Assembly (NCBI GenBank): GCA_040377305.1
Contig: JBEIPA010000006.1
Coordinates: 1 to 64,000, forward strand
Source: Flavobacteriales bacterium
Lineage (GTDB): Bacteria > Bacteroidota > Bacteroidia > Palsa-965
DNA length: 64,000 nt
Direction: 5' to 3'
Shown here: positions 1 to 10,223 of the stretch, one piece after another
How the letters are laid out: each line of letters begins with the position of its first letter
Numbering within the stretch: position 1 is the first letter of the stretch
Program-made: the position numbers and the translations under genes
The notes under the pieces: model-generated
Told to the model about the DNA's origin: nothing
Database searches by the model: none
What the model saw: only the letters and a program-made list of their open reading frames with translations

Positions 1-123
1 AGCACGGCTGTGGTGTCGGGATCCCACTCCCCACACTGCGTCAGCATCTCAATCCCGACACAGCGTCAGGATTGGGATCCTGACGCCACCTTTTCGCCGT
101 GCTCGCCGTGTCTCCGTGGTGAA
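1..123. repeat. Palindromic intergenic element, CACGGCGAG 9-mer family (right arm), with nested hairpins
   Basis: 93..123 TTCGCCGTGCTCGCCGTGTCTCCGTGGTGAA is the exact reverse complement of 34619..34649. Inner inverted pairs are GTGTCGGGAT/ATCCCGACAC and GCGTCAGGAT/ATCCTGACGC. The left arm is cut by the window edge. Confidence 0.8.
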
Positions 124-152
124 TCTTGCTGGAACAGCAACCACTTTGTGAG

Positions 153-184
153 AAAGAAAAAGGCCCGGAATTAACCGAGCCCTT
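153..184 (-). terminator. Intrinsic terminator after the four-gene T9SS operon
   Basis: Minus strand reads AGGGCTCGG-TTAATT-CCGGGCCT followed by TTTTCTTTC, about 40 nt after the stop at 225. Confidence 0.65.
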
Positions 185-224
185 CATTCTATCATCTTAT
201 CATCTCATCATCCTATCATCAACT

Positions 225-2201
225 TTAACGGTTGATCAGGATGCGTTGCGTGCTTACACCATTTGCTGAAGTCACGCGCAGCAAGTACATGCCGTTTGAT
301 TCTCCAGTCAAATCAAGTTGTTTCTGATCGCCGGCGTTTACGTCGAATTGTTGTGCAAACACGTTGCGGCCATTTACGTCAACCATTTCTACGATTACAT
401 TCTCCATGGAATTGCTGAACGCAATTGTAAATGCTCCTGTGTTTGGATTCGGGTAAACATTCACGAGCGAAGTATTTGCATCAGCAACACCGAGACAAAG
501 ATCAACTGTGATTGAAATGGTATCGAGTCCGCTGCAACCGAGTGAATCGGTATACATGTAAACGAGATCGTGTGTTCCTGCTCCTGCTGTGTCTGGCTCG
601 AATGTGCTTCCGAAAACTCCGGCACCGGTCCACATTCCACCTGCAGGTGATCCGAACAACATGATTGCTGGTTCTCCGGTACAAGCGAAATTCATTGCAG
701 CGCTTCCAACCGTAGCGAAGTTACCGCCAATACTCGCATTGATTGTATCTGTTCCTTCGCATCCGTTAGCATCAGTAACTAGAACGCTGTATGCACCACT
801 CGAAGAAACCACCAACGTCTGATTGGTTGAGTTGTCGCTCCACAGATAAGTAGAACCTGCGTTCAATGCATCAAGTGTAATGTTGCTGCAGGCTATGGTA
901 TCAGCGCCCAGCGTTACCGTAGGATTTGGGTTTGCTGCAAATGCTTGTCCGTCCAGCGAAGTACATCCGTTCACATCAGTGCTCGTTGCATACACCGTCA
1001 TATTTCCTGTAATCACAAATGTTTCTGTTGGATTAGTTCCACCAGTCGACCACACATAAGATGACGCGCCGCTTGCCATAATAGTCACAGTGTCTCCATC
1101 ACATGGATTCATCGGTGAATAAGACAATGTAATTACTGGTTGAGGATTCACGGTGTACGAGTACGTTGCAGCCGGACCTGTTCCGCATGCATCTGTAACT
1201 GTAACCGAAACCGTTTCAACTCCAGATGCGTTGTGGACAAAAGAAATTACGTTTGTTCCGCTTCCTGAAATAACTGTTGCAGATCCTGGCAAAGTCCAGT
1301 TATAAGTAATTGCACCTACAACTGTTGCTGCGGTTAATGTGAGTGTGTCGCCATAACAAATTGTAGTTGCACCACTCACCGAAGTTGGTGAAGAAGGACC
1401 TGCAGTGTAAGTAATCGTAACAATTCCATGTCCTGTATTTGCACCACCCGTGTTTGTCTGACTCGTTCCACCGTTGAAGCTTGCACCGCCGCCACCAACA
1501 CCAGCGCTTGTGTTTCCACCTGAACCGCCGCCGGAATATCCACCGCCACCTCCACCAACAACATAAGATGATCCGTTACCACCGCCACCGAATCCACCGC
1601 GTGCTGAAACATGTGACGCACCACCGGCACCACCATTTACAAATGCAAAACCTCCGGTACCTGCCTGCCATCCATCTGCGCCGTTGGTAAGAAGTCCACC
1701 ACCTGCACCCGATTGAAATCCGGATGAACCGACGCTACCGCCGTTGCCTCCGCTTCCACCAATACCACCAGCACCTGCTCCTGTTCCTCCCGTTGTAGTC
1801 ACGTTGCCGTGTTTATCGGGAGAATCCATTCCTTGCGAACTTCCGCCACCACCACCAGCAACAATGAGTGGATTGTTTGCTACGTCTGTAACAAACGATC
1901 CTCCGCCTCCTCCATTACCAGCACCATTCGTGAGAGAAGGTTGTTCACCTACCAACACATTTAATGTTTGGCCCGGAGTAACGTTAAACGTGCCAATCAT
2001 AATTGCACCCAAACCCGACTGCGTGGTAGATGAAGGGTTGTATCCGCCCTGCGCACCACGCGCTTCAATCGTCACGGATGTTACACATGCAGGAACAGTA
2101 AAAGTTGTAATCGCTCCAGTGTAATTGAACGTTGTTGTTGTTTGTGCGATGAGTGCAGATCCGCACACCACGGCTGAAACAAATCCATAGAACTTTTTCA
2201 T
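225..2201 (-). CDS. T9SS-secreted protein with glycine-rich (ALK/LTK GRD-like) N-domain, Ig/PKD-like stalk and type A CTD
   Basis: Signal peptide ending AQ. FNYTGAITTFTVPACV..EARGAQGG and GGGGG runs. C-terminal VYPNP...GMYLLRV CTD. Confidence 0.85.
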   Translation of the reverse strand: MKKFYGFVSAVVCGSALIAQTTTTFNYTGAITTFTVPACVTSVTIEARGAQGGYNPSSTTQSGLGAIMIGTFNVTPGQTLNVLVGEQPSLTNGAGNGGGGGSFVTDVANNPLIVAGGGGGSSQGMDSPDKHGNVTTTGGTGAGAGGIGGSGGNGGSVGSSGFQSGAGGGLLTNGADGWQAGTGGFAFVNGGAGGASHVSARGGFGGGGNGSSYVVGGGGGGYSGGGSGGNTSAGVGGGGASFNGGTSQTNTGGANTGHGIVTITYTAGPSSPTSVSGATTICYGDTLTLTAATVVGAITYNWTLPGSATVISGSGTNVISFVHNASGVETVSVTVTDACGTGPAATYSYTVNPQPVITLSYSPMNPCDGDTVTIMASGASSYVWSTGGTNPTETFVITGNMTVYATSTDVNGCTSLDGQAFAANPNPTVTLGADTIACSNITLDALNAGSTYLWSDNSTNQTLVVSSSGAYSVLVTDANGCEGTDTINASIGGNFATVGSAAMNFACTGEPAIMLFGSPAGGMWTGAGVFGSTFEPDTAGAGTHDLVYMYTDSLGCSGLDTISITVDLCLGVADANTSLVNVYPNPNTGAFTIAFSNSMENVIVEMVDVNGRNVFAQQFDVNAGDQKQLDLTGESNGMYLLRVTSANGVSTQRILINR

Positions 2202-2206
2202 GGTAG

Positions 2207-4765
2207 TTACTTTGTAATTATGATTTCACGATTAGAAACTGATCCGTCGGCAATAACACGCAGTATGTAATTACCCGCTGCTACATTGGTTACATCGATT
2301 GCAATTACGTTTCCGCTTTGAACGTTGCTCGTCACCGAAGTGTAAACAGTGCGACCTTGCAGATCGGTAATTTCGATTTGCAACTCTGCTGAAGAACTAC
2401 TCATTGCAATGTTGAACATTCCGTTATTCGGATTCGGGTAAACCAAATACGCTGAATTTTCATTCTCCGAAATTCCAACACAAGCATTCACAGCAATAGT
2501 TACAACAGCGTTATCGCTACAACCCAGTGAGTCTGTGAAAGTATAGGTAACCAGCTGCGGACCTGTTCCAACGGATGGATCAAATGAATTTCCGGTTACG
2601 CCAGGACCACTCCACGATCCACCAACCGGCGAACCTGTTAGTGTTACATTCGCATCGTCGAGACAAACTGTATTTGAAGAGGAAGAACCTGTAACTGTTG
2701 GAACCGGATTAATTGTAACCGCGATTGTATCACCACCGTTACATCCGTTCATATCCGTAAACGCAACCCAGTATGTTCCGCTGGTTGTTGCCAGAAGTGT
2801 AGGCAGATTCGAAGCATCGCTCCATACATACGTTCCACCCGATTGTTGTGGATCGAGCAACACGTTACCGCCACACTGAGTTGTATCTGCTCCGAATGCA
2901 ATCACCGGATTTGCATTGAGTGCAGTAATTACAATTGTATCGCTTCCGACACAACCCATTGCACTCGTTACATCAACCATGTACGTGCCGGCAGCCGTTG
3001 CAGAAATTGTTTGCGTGGTTGCCGTTGTATTCCAGTTGAAACTTGCGCCGGGATTTCCTGCATCGAGTTGTACACTTGATCCGCAGAACGCTCCGTCTGA
3101 ACCAAGCTGAACAACAGGTTGCGGATGAACAGTTACTGATAATGTATCTGATGTATCAACCGGACACATACCGTCGGTTGCAATAGCAATGAACAAGTAT
3201 GTTCCTGTGTCTTGTGGTAAAGGCAGACCCGGATCGAATGGATTTCCGCTTCCAACATTCTGCCAGAACGGTGCTGCAGACAACCACACCCACCATTCAA
3301 TATTTCCGGCTGCACCAACTGCTGTTAGCGCAGAAGAATCTCCGGGGCAAACATCAGATCCACTTGCACCGGAAATCATTCCTCCGTATGCAGAATCAAT
3401 GCGTGTTGTTGTTATCAACGAAGTATCGTTCGAACAAACTCCGCCTGATGCAATCGCAACAAACGAATGTGTACCTGCAGTTACAACCGAAGAAGTTGTA
3501 AGCGGAGAACCAGTTCCGATCATCGTGTAATTCGTTCCGTCGAAATCGTACCAGGTGATTGTACCTGAACTACCGGATTCAGAAAGTGTAATTGAACTTC
3601 CGGAACAAACTGCTGTATCACTTGCAACTGTTCCTGCAACATTGATTGGATCGAACACGACCGCAATACTATCTGGCAATGTACTTCCGCATGCGTTATC
3701 TGCTGTTACATAAACAAATCCTGATGTACTTCCTGCTGTGATTGTGACTGTTGTTGTTCCTTGTCCGCTTGTGATTGTACTTCCCGCTGGCACACTCCAG
3801 GTATAAGACAATGCACCTGCTGCAGGAGCAATAGAATAAGTAACCGTTGATCCAACGCAAGCAGGATTTACACTTGCTGTGATCAATCCCGGTTGTGCAG
3901 GAAGTGATCCTGCAGAAGAATATGTTATTGTAACAATTCCATTTCCGGTTTGCGTTCCGGTAGTTGTTGATGCCAGTGTGAGTGTTCCGATGTATGACGA
4001 ACCACCACCGCCGCCACCGCCTGACCATGCACCACCGCCGCCGCCTGCACCACCGCCGCCGCCGCCGCCACCGAAGTAACCGCCGCCGCCACCGCCGCCA
4101 CCTGATCCGGTGAAGCCGCTGCATCCTATTACACCAAATCCTCCATTGCCACCAATACCCATTCCACCAACTAATCCATTTCCTCCGCTTGTTGAGCAAT
4201 TAAAATTTCCAATTCCGTTAATGCCACCGGTCACTTGATCTCCACCGCCACCACCTGTTCCACCTGTTCCGCAACCAGGACCATCTCCACCAAGCAGACC
4301 ATTTGTGCCGCCACCATTACCGCCAAATCCACCACCACTCGATCCGCAAGAACCTTGAGGTGCACCGGTTCCGCCACCGCCACCACCTGCAACAATTACT
4401 CGCGCTGCTATAGTGTTGCTGTTGTGACGAACGTCTGATGCACCACCTCCGTTACCGGAAAGAGTCGGACCTCCGCCGCCAGGCATTCCACCACCGTTGT
4501 ATCCGTTTTGTCCACCGACAAAAACGAAAAGTGTATCGCCAGGATTTACGGCAAGATCACCTTGTGCGCTTCCGCCAAGACCTGCATTTGCTCCCGGAGC
4601 ACCAGCAACACCCTGTGCGCCCGATGCGTTAAGTGTTACACTGAACACACAGGAAGGCACAACAAAATATTGTTGCGTACCGGTGAAGGTGTAGGTCATT
4701 GTTGTTTGTGCGCCCGCAAAAGTTCCGGCAAAGACACACGCAGCAATTACAAGTAATTTTTTCAT
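2207..4765 (-). CDS. T9SS-secreted protein with glycine-rich N-domain, Ig-like repeats and type A CTD
   Basis: Signal peptide. YTFTGTQQYFVVPSCV..GAQG and long poly-Gly tracts. VYPNPNNG...GNYILRV CTD. Confidence 0.85.
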   Translation of the reverse strand: MKKLLVIAACVFAGTFAGAQTTMTYTFTGTQQYFVVPSCVFSVTLNASGAQGVAGAPGANAGLGGSAQGDLAVNPGDTLFVFVGGQNGYNGGGMPGGGGPTLSGNGGGASDVRHNSNTIAARVIVAGGGGGGTGAPQGSCGSSGGGFGGNGGGTNGLLGGDGPGCGTGGTGGGGGDQVTGGINGIGNFNCSTSGGNGLVGGMGIGGNGGFGVIGCSGFTGSGGGGGGGGYFGGGGGGGGAGGGGGAWSGGGGGGGSSYIGTLTLASTTTGTQTGNGIVTITYSSAGSLPAQPGLITASVNPACVGSTVTYSIAPAAGALSYTWSVPAGSTITSGQGTTTVTITAGSTSGFVYVTADNACGSTLPDSIAVVFDPINVAGTVASDTAVCSGSSITLSESGSSGTITWYDFDGTNYTMIGTGSPLTTSSVVTAGTHSFVAIASGGVCSNDTSLITTTRIDSAYGGMISGASGSDVCPGDSSALTAVGAAGNIEWWVWLSAAPFWQNVGSGNPFDPGLPLPQDTGTYLFIAIATDGMCPVDTSDTLSVTVHPQPVVQLGSDGAFCGSSVQLDAGNPGASFNWNTTATTQTISATAAGTYMVDVTSAMGCVGSDTIVITALNANPVIAFGADTTQCGGNVLLDPQQSGGTYVWSDASNLPTLLATTSGTYWVAFTDMNGCNGGDTIAVTINPVPTVTGSSSSNTVCLDDANVTLTGSPVGGSWSGPGVTGNSFDPSVGTGPQLVTYTFTDSLGCSDNAVVTIAVNACVGISENENSAYLVYPNPNNGMFNIAMSSSSAELQIEITDLQGRTVYTSVTSNVQSGNVIAIDVTNVAAGNYILRVIADGSVSNREIIITK

Positions 4766-4770
4766 AGGAA

Positions 4771-7245
4771 TTATTTAGTAATGATGATTTCACGATTTGA
4801 AACGGATCCATCGGCAATAACACGCATGATGTAATTTCCGGCTGCAACATGTGCAACATCAACCGCAATTACATTTCCTGCTTGTGTACCATTCAATGCA
4901 GAGCTATAAACAACTCGTCCCTGAAGGTCTGTGATTTCAATGAGCAGCTTTTCTGCTGAATTGCTCAGCGCGACGTTGAACATTCCGTTGTTCGGGTTTG
5001 GATAAACTGAATAACCAAATGTTTCGTTCTCGGAAATTCCTACACAGGCATTCACATTCACAGTGAGAACAAATTGTCCGCTGCAACCATTAGTGTCTGT
5101 GTGACTGAACGTCAGAATTTGTGGACCTGTTCCAACAGATGGATCGAATGAATTTCCTGTAACACCAGGGCCAGTCCATAATCCCGGAGCAGGAGAACCA
5201 GTAAGCGTTACGTTCGCGTCATCTAAACAAGGAGTCATTGAAGTTGCCATTCCTGTTACAACAGGATTTGGATTCAACGTTACGTTTACCGTGTCATTTC
5301 CTACGCACCCGAACTGGTCGGTAACCGCTACTGAATAAACACCTGAAGTATTCACTGCTAACTGTGACTGTGTGCTGTTATCGCTCCACAAATAGGTAGC
5401 GCCAACAACTGTTGCGTCGAGAACAAGACTGCTTCCACATGCAACAGTGTCACTTAAAACAACCATTGGTGGAGCGTGTACGATCACAAAAATATTATTT
5501 GAACTATCGTCCATGCACACTCCGCTCGAAGCAATTGCAATGAACTGATAAGTGCCTGTGTCTGCTAATGAAGGCGCACCCAAATCAAATGGATTTCCGC
5601 TTCCGATCATTTGCCACGCCGTATCAGATGGAGCTAAGATCCACCAATCAATGTTACCGATGTCGCCAACAGAAATCAGACTGGTAGAATCTCCCGGACA
5701 AATATCAATACCACCTGAGTTGGAAATAATTCCACCATTCGGTGGAACATCTACCGTGATTGCAGCTGTATCTGAAGCCGTGCAACCGTTTGCGTCAGTC
5801 ACAACAACAGAATAAATTCCTGTCGCAGTTACACCCAGTGTGTTCTGCGTACTATTATCGTTCCAGAGATAAGTAGCCCCTGCGGTTTGTGCACTCAATA
5901 CAATTCCACCACACACTGTTGTATCAGGTCCGATATTTACTGCTGGCGGAACATTCATGATCACTGTAGTTGTGGAAGAACTTGTACAACCATTCGCATC
6001 GGTTACAAGCAACGTGTATGTTGTTGTTCCTGCAGGAATATCAGTTACCGTGCTGCCCGACATACTTCCCGGCATCCAGTCGTAGGTGTAATTCATTGTG
6101 CCACCCATTGCCGTTCCGATAAGCGTTGCTGTACCGTTCGGACAAACGTCTCCGCTATTCGTTGCGCCCGCCACCAATAAGGTTGGTTCAGTAATTGTTA
6201 CTGTTTGCTGATTCGTACATCCGTTCGCATCTGTAATTGTACACGTATATGCACCGGCAGCAAGATTAGATTCAGTTGCAGCTGTTCCTCCGGTTGACCA
6301 CAGGTAAGTGTACCCGGGAGTTCCGCCCGAAGGCATGACCATTGCATCTCCGTTAGTTCCGCCATTGCACAAAAGATTGGTCTGCATGGTGCTTGCTGTA
6401 ATGGCTGTAGGCTCCGTAATTGTTGCGAACGTTGTGTCCATACATCCCAATGCATCTGTTACAACTACAGAATATGATCCTGCAGGAACACCCGTGATAT
6501 CTTCTGTTGTTGCGCCATTACTCCACGCGAACGTGTAAGGTGAAGTTCCACTTGCTACGGTTTGATTGATTGAACCATCATTCCCGCCATTACAAAGAGG
6601 AGCAGTGAAACTTGCCGTTGAAATCGGCGGAGCATTTCCAATGCGGATTTCATCCCACACGCCTACACCTGAAGTAAAATTGTAAAGGTGCACGCGGCTT
6701 ACGTCGTTCTGAGTAGCACTGCGGAAAGGAAAGCTGGTGTACATCAGAACATTGTTAATGTAAATATCAAACGTGTGGTTTGTCCAGTTTATGTTTCGCA
6801 GTTCTACATTGTACCAGGTGTTCAGAGTCGCTGCATAATCAAACGTTGAAGAAGACACAAAACGAATCACTCCCGCAGCCTGATAATAGCAGAATACGAT
6901 GCAATTGGTAGCAGAAACAGAAGCATTTCCGGCAACTACATAATTGTGCGAAGAGCCGGTTGTTTGCGGACACATCCACCAGCTTATGGTATTCGGAGTT
7001 GCTGGAGTGAAACTCGTAGACAATCCGGTAATGTGTGTAGAAACACCACCGGTACCTTCAATGCGGTATGTTCCTACCGCAGGATTGGTTGTAGTAACAG
7101 CTGCGGATGTCAGTCCGGCACCGATACTCCAGGTTGGTGTGTAACTGCCGGATTCAAATCCATCGTAGAATGCACCGGCACACTGCGCATTCAGATTCAT
7201 CGAACAAGCCACAGCAAACGCGGCTACGAGTAGAGATTTTTTCAT
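4771..7245 (-). CDS. T9SS-secreted protein with beta-sandwich N-domain, SprB-type repeats and type A CTD
   Basis: Start moved to MKKSLL (ATG 7245) to give a signal peptide. SprB-like LCNGG.NG...GGTPGYTYLWS...TITDANGC repeats. CTD present. Confidence 0.85.
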   Translation of the reverse strand: MKKSLLVAAFAVACSMNLNAQCAGAFYDGFESGSYTPTWSIGAGLTSAAVTTTNPAVGTYRIEGTGGVSTHITGLSTSFTPATPNTISWWMCPQTTGSSHNYVVAGNASVSATNCIVFCYYQAAGVIRFVSSSTFDYAATLNTWYNVELRNINWTNHTFDIYINNVLMYTSFPFRSATQNDVSRVHLYNFTSGVGVWDEIRIGNAPPISTASFTAPLCNGGNDGSINQTVASGTSPYTFAWSNGATTEDITGVPAGSYSVVVTDALGCMDTTFATITEPTAITASTMQTNLLCNGGTNGDAMVMPSGGTPGYTYLWSTGGTAATESNLAAGAYTCTITDANGCTNQQTVTITEPTLLVAGATNSGDVCPNGTATLIGTAMGGTMNYTYDWMPGSMSGSTVTDIPAGTTTYTLLVTDANGCTSSSTTTVIMNVPPAVNIGPDTTVCGGIVLSAQTAGATYLWNDNSTQNTLGVTATGIYSVVVTDANGCTASDTAAITVDVPPNGGIISNSGGIDICPGDSTSLISVGDIGNIDWWILAPSDTAWQMIGSGNPFDLGAPSLADTGTYQFIAIASSGVCMDDSSNNIFVIVHAPPMVVLSDTVACGSSLVLDATVVGATYLWSDNSTQSQLAVNTSGVYSVAVTDQFGCVGNDTVNVTLNPNPVVTGMATSMTPCLDDANVTLTGSPAPGLWTGPGVTGNSFDPSVGTGPQILTFSHTDTNGCSGQFVLTVNVNACVGISENETFGYSVYPNPNNGMFNVALSNSAEKLLIEITDLQGRVVYSSALNGTQAGNVIAVDVAHVAAGNYIMRVIADGSVSNREIIITK

Positions 7246-7276
7246 GTGTTCGTTCTTTCTTAACGGTTTGTTTATT

Positions 7277-9283
7277 CTAATGCTGCAATGCAATACGGTG
7301 AACTACGACACCACTTGTTGTTACAACACGTAACAGATATATTCCATTTGCTTCTGCAGACAAATCAATTTGTTTGCGGCTGCCTTCGTTGACTACCGGC
7401 TCTCTGGAAGTAAATACAATCCGGCCCTGAGCATCGGTAATTTCGATCACAGCATCCTTCGCTGTATTCGCGAAAGTGATTTCAAACAAGCCATTCGTTG
7501 GATTTGGGAAAACTGCTGTGCCTGCATCTGCGATTTCATTTGTGGTAAGACAAAGATCTACGTTAATCGTAACCGTATCAATTCCGGAACAACCGAGTGA
7601 ATCGGTGTACGTGTAAATCAGGTTGTGCATTCCTGCGCCTGCTGTATCCGGTTCGAATGTGCTTCCGAATACTCCGGCTCCGGTCCACGTTCCTCCGGCA
7701 GGAGATTCAAAGAGTTGCACTGTAGGTTCGCCGGTACACACAAAATTCATTGCGGCGCTTCCTACGACAACCGGATTTGCATTGATCGTAACATTCACCG
7801 TGTCCATTCCTACGCAACCGTTCGCATCAGTCACAATAACGTAGTATGGACCGCTCAAGGTCACACTGATCATTTGCGTTGTAGAACCGTCATTCCATAA
7901 AAAAGTGTTTCCTGCATTCTGCGCATCGAGCATTGCACTTGCACATGATGAGAAATCGCTACCAAGTGTTACGACTGGAAGCGTATTCACTGTTACCGTT
8001 GTTGTTGAAGTGCTCGTGCAACCATTTGCATCGGTTACCAGTAAAGTATATGTGGTTGTCGTAGCCGGAACATCACTCGTAGCACTACCCGACATATTCC
8101 CTGGCATCCAATTGTACGTGTAATTCATGGTGCCACCCATCGCAGTTCCTACAAGCATTGCAGTGTCGCCCGCACAAACGTTTCCGTTGTTCGCAGCAGC
8201 AGTCACCAATAATGTTGGTTCAGTAATAGTTACAGTTTGCTGATTCGTACATCCGTTTGCATCTGTAATTGTACACGTGTAAGTGCCGGCAACAAGATTA
8301 GATTCAGTTGCAGCTGTTCCGCCGGAAGACCACAGGTAAGTATATCCGGGAGTTCCGCCGGAAGGCATCACCATTGCATCGCCGTTATTTCCGCCGTTAC
8401 ACAAAATATTTGTCTGCATGGTGCTTGCGGTAATGCCTGTGGGCTCCGTAACAACAACAGTTGTTGCATTCGTACATCCATTCGCATCTGTCACCGTACA
8501 CGTGTAAGTTCCCGCGGAAAGGCCCGATTCAACTGCATTAGTTCCTCCAGATGGAGCCCAGCTATATGTGTAAGGTGCAGTTCCAGTCGTAACTGTAACC
8601 GTCGCCGAGCCGTTAGAACTGCCGAAACACGAAGCACTTGCAGAAGTTGAGGTGGTAAGAAGAGGAACATTGCCGATGGTGAAATCATCATACTCTGCAG
8701 TGGCAGCCACAAGACTGTTCAGGTAGATGCGGTCAACGGTGGTAGCTGTTGGAGAACGGAACGCCCAGCCCGACAATATCAAGACATTGTTCAGATAAAT
8801 GTCCATCGTACGTGAAGTCCAGTTCATATTTCTGCATTCAACATGATACCACGTATTTGCCGAGATCGGGTGATTGTATCCTGTGCTGTTATAGAAACGC
8901 AGCACGGATCCGCTATTGAAATAGCAAAACAGAATTCCATTGTCAGTAGGCGTGTTTGCATCACCGATGATTACATAACCATTTGCACCGGTAGTTGTAT
9001 TCGAACGCATCCACCACGACATGTATGCAGGCTGAGCTGGCGTGAACGTGGTATAAAGTCCCTGATAAAAACCGTTCGAGCCGGGACTTTCCATAGAAAG
9101 GTGGTAGTTACCAACCGGTGCGCTACCGGAAGGAACGCTGTTATTGTATATCCCGCTACCTATTGACCAGGTTGGCGTAAAACTGCCCGATTCAAATCCG
9201 TCGTAAAACTGGGTTGCGCACTGAGCTGAGCTAGCCGTAAAGAATCCAAATACAAATGCTACGCTAAGTAGAAGTTGCTTCAT
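7277..9283 (-). CDS. T9SS-secreted protein, paralogue of 4771..7245 (SprB-type repeats, type A CTD)
   Basis: Start moved to MKQLLL (ATG 9283). Shares AQCA..FYDGFESGS.TPTWSIG N-domain. VFPNPTNG CTD. Confidence 0.85.
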   Translation of the reverse strand: MKQLLLSVAFVFGFFTASSAQCATQFYDGFESGSFTPTWSIGSGIYNNSVPSGSAPVGNYHLSMESPGSNGFYQGLYTTFTPAQPAYMSWWMRSNTTTGANGYVIIGDANTPTDNGILFCYFNSGSVLRFYNSTGYNHPISANTWYHVECRNMNWTSRTMDIYLNNVLILSGWAFRSPTATTVDRIYLNSLVAATAEYDDFTIGNVPLLTTSTSASASCFGSSNGSATVTVTTGTAPYTYSWAPSGGTNAVESGLSAGTYTCTVTDANGCTNATTVVVTEPTGITASTMQTNILCNGGNNGDAMVMPSGGTPGYTYLWSSGGTAATESNLVAGTYTCTITDANGCTNQQTVTITEPTLLVTAAANNGNVCAGDTAMLVGTAMGGTMNYTYNWMPGNMSGSATSDVPATTTTYTLLVTDANGCTSTSTTTVTVNTLPVVTLGSDFSSCASAMLDAQNAGNTFLWNDGSTTQMISVTLSGPYYVIVTDANGCVGMDTVNVTINANPVVVGSAAMNFVCTGEPTVQLFESPAGGTWTGAGVFGSTFEPDTAGAGMHNLIYTYTDSLGCSGIDTVTINVDLCLTTNEIADAGTAVFPNPTNGLFEITFANTAKDAVIEITDAQGRIVFTSREPVVNEGSRKQIDLSAEANGIYLLRVVTTSGVVVHRIALQH

Positions 9284-9315
9284 ATGATTGTAGTTATGAA
9301 AGTGAAAATGCCGAT

Positions 9316-9323
9316 CAAATATA
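9316..9323 (-). promoter_or_regulatory. Bacteroidota -7 promoter element for the T9SS operon
   Basis: Minus-strand TATATTTG (TAnnTTTG consensus) about 33 nt upstream of ATG 9283. Confidence 0.55.
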
Positions 9324-9402
9324 GTAAATTTAGGATGGCACTTCACCAATGAAATAGACTTCAACACAGCGACCGCCATTTCAATATTAAAAATACAAAT
9401 GC

Positions 9403-10095
9403 ATGAGTAAAACAGTCCTCATTACGGGCTCAAACAAGGGAATTGGCTTTGAAATCGCACGTCAATGTGCGGTTCAGGGACATCGTGTGGTTTTGTCGGG
9501 AAGAAACGAAAACCGTTTGGCTGCAGCACAGAAAAAACTATTCGATGCAGGTTTGAAATGTGCAACGCTGCAAATGGATGTGAGCGATTTCGCCAGCATA
9601 GAAACTGCTGCACGCACTTTCGGAAAAATGTTCCCCGTGCTGGATGTTCTTGTAAACAACGCCGGGATTATTGTACCCGATGACGATGGGCTCGTTTCCG
9701 ATGCCGATGATGTGCTCACGAAAACGATTACAACAAACTGTTACGGTCCGTTGCGCGTTACCAAATCATTTCTTCGTTATCTGAAAGACCGATCTCAGGT
9801 AATTAATATTTCCAGCGGCGGTGGATCGATGACAGATCCTATTGGTGGATGGTCGCCTGCATATTGTCTTTCGAAGACCATGCTGAACGGAATTACACGA
9901 CAACTTGCCTATGAGCTTGCGAAAAATTCCATAAACGTAAACGCGGTTTGTCCGGGCTGGGTAAAAACAGATATGGGCGGACAAGGTGCACCGCGTACCG
10001 TTGAGAAAGGCGCAGAAACTCCGGTGTGGCTGATCAACGATGGCACGAGTAGCAATGGTCGGTTCTTTCGAGACAAAAAAGAAATTCCATGGTAA
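9403..10095 (+). CDS. SDR family oxidoreductase (carbonyl reductase-like)
   Basis: TGSNKGIG, NNAG, YxxxK (YCLSK) and CPGWVKTDMGG motifs. Confidence 0.92.
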   Translation: MSKTVLITGSNKGIGFEIARQCAVQGHRVVLSGRNENRLAAAQKKLFDAGLKCATLQMDVSDFASIETAARTFGKMFPVLDVLVNNAGIIVPDDDGLVSDADDVLTKTITTNCYGPLRVTKSFLRYLKDRSQVINISSGGGSMTDPIGGWSPAYCLSKTMLNGITRQLAYELAKNSINVNAVCPGWVKTDMGGQGAPRTVEKGAETPVWLINDGTSSNGRFFRDKKEIPW

Positions 10096-10108
10096 ACAAC
10101 TTACACAA

Positions 10109-10205
10109 ATTGAAGATCCGAAAATTTGAAGATTCGACGATGGTCGCTACGTTGAATCATCGGCTTGGTGTTTATTCAAACTTTCGAATCTTCCGATCTT
10201 CAAAT
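10109..10205. repeat. Short-period imperfect inverted-repeat element
   Basis: TTGAAGATCCGAAAATTTGAAGATTCGA faces TCGAATCTTCCGATCTTCAAAT across a spacer. Confidence 0.6.
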
Positions 10206-10223
10206 GTATTCCTGCGAGCAACG

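Noticed and set aside
4000-4105. CCG/CCA triplet runs as a phase-variable SSR
   Set aside because: These are in-frame poly-Gly codons of the glycine-rich domain, so slippage would not shift the frame.
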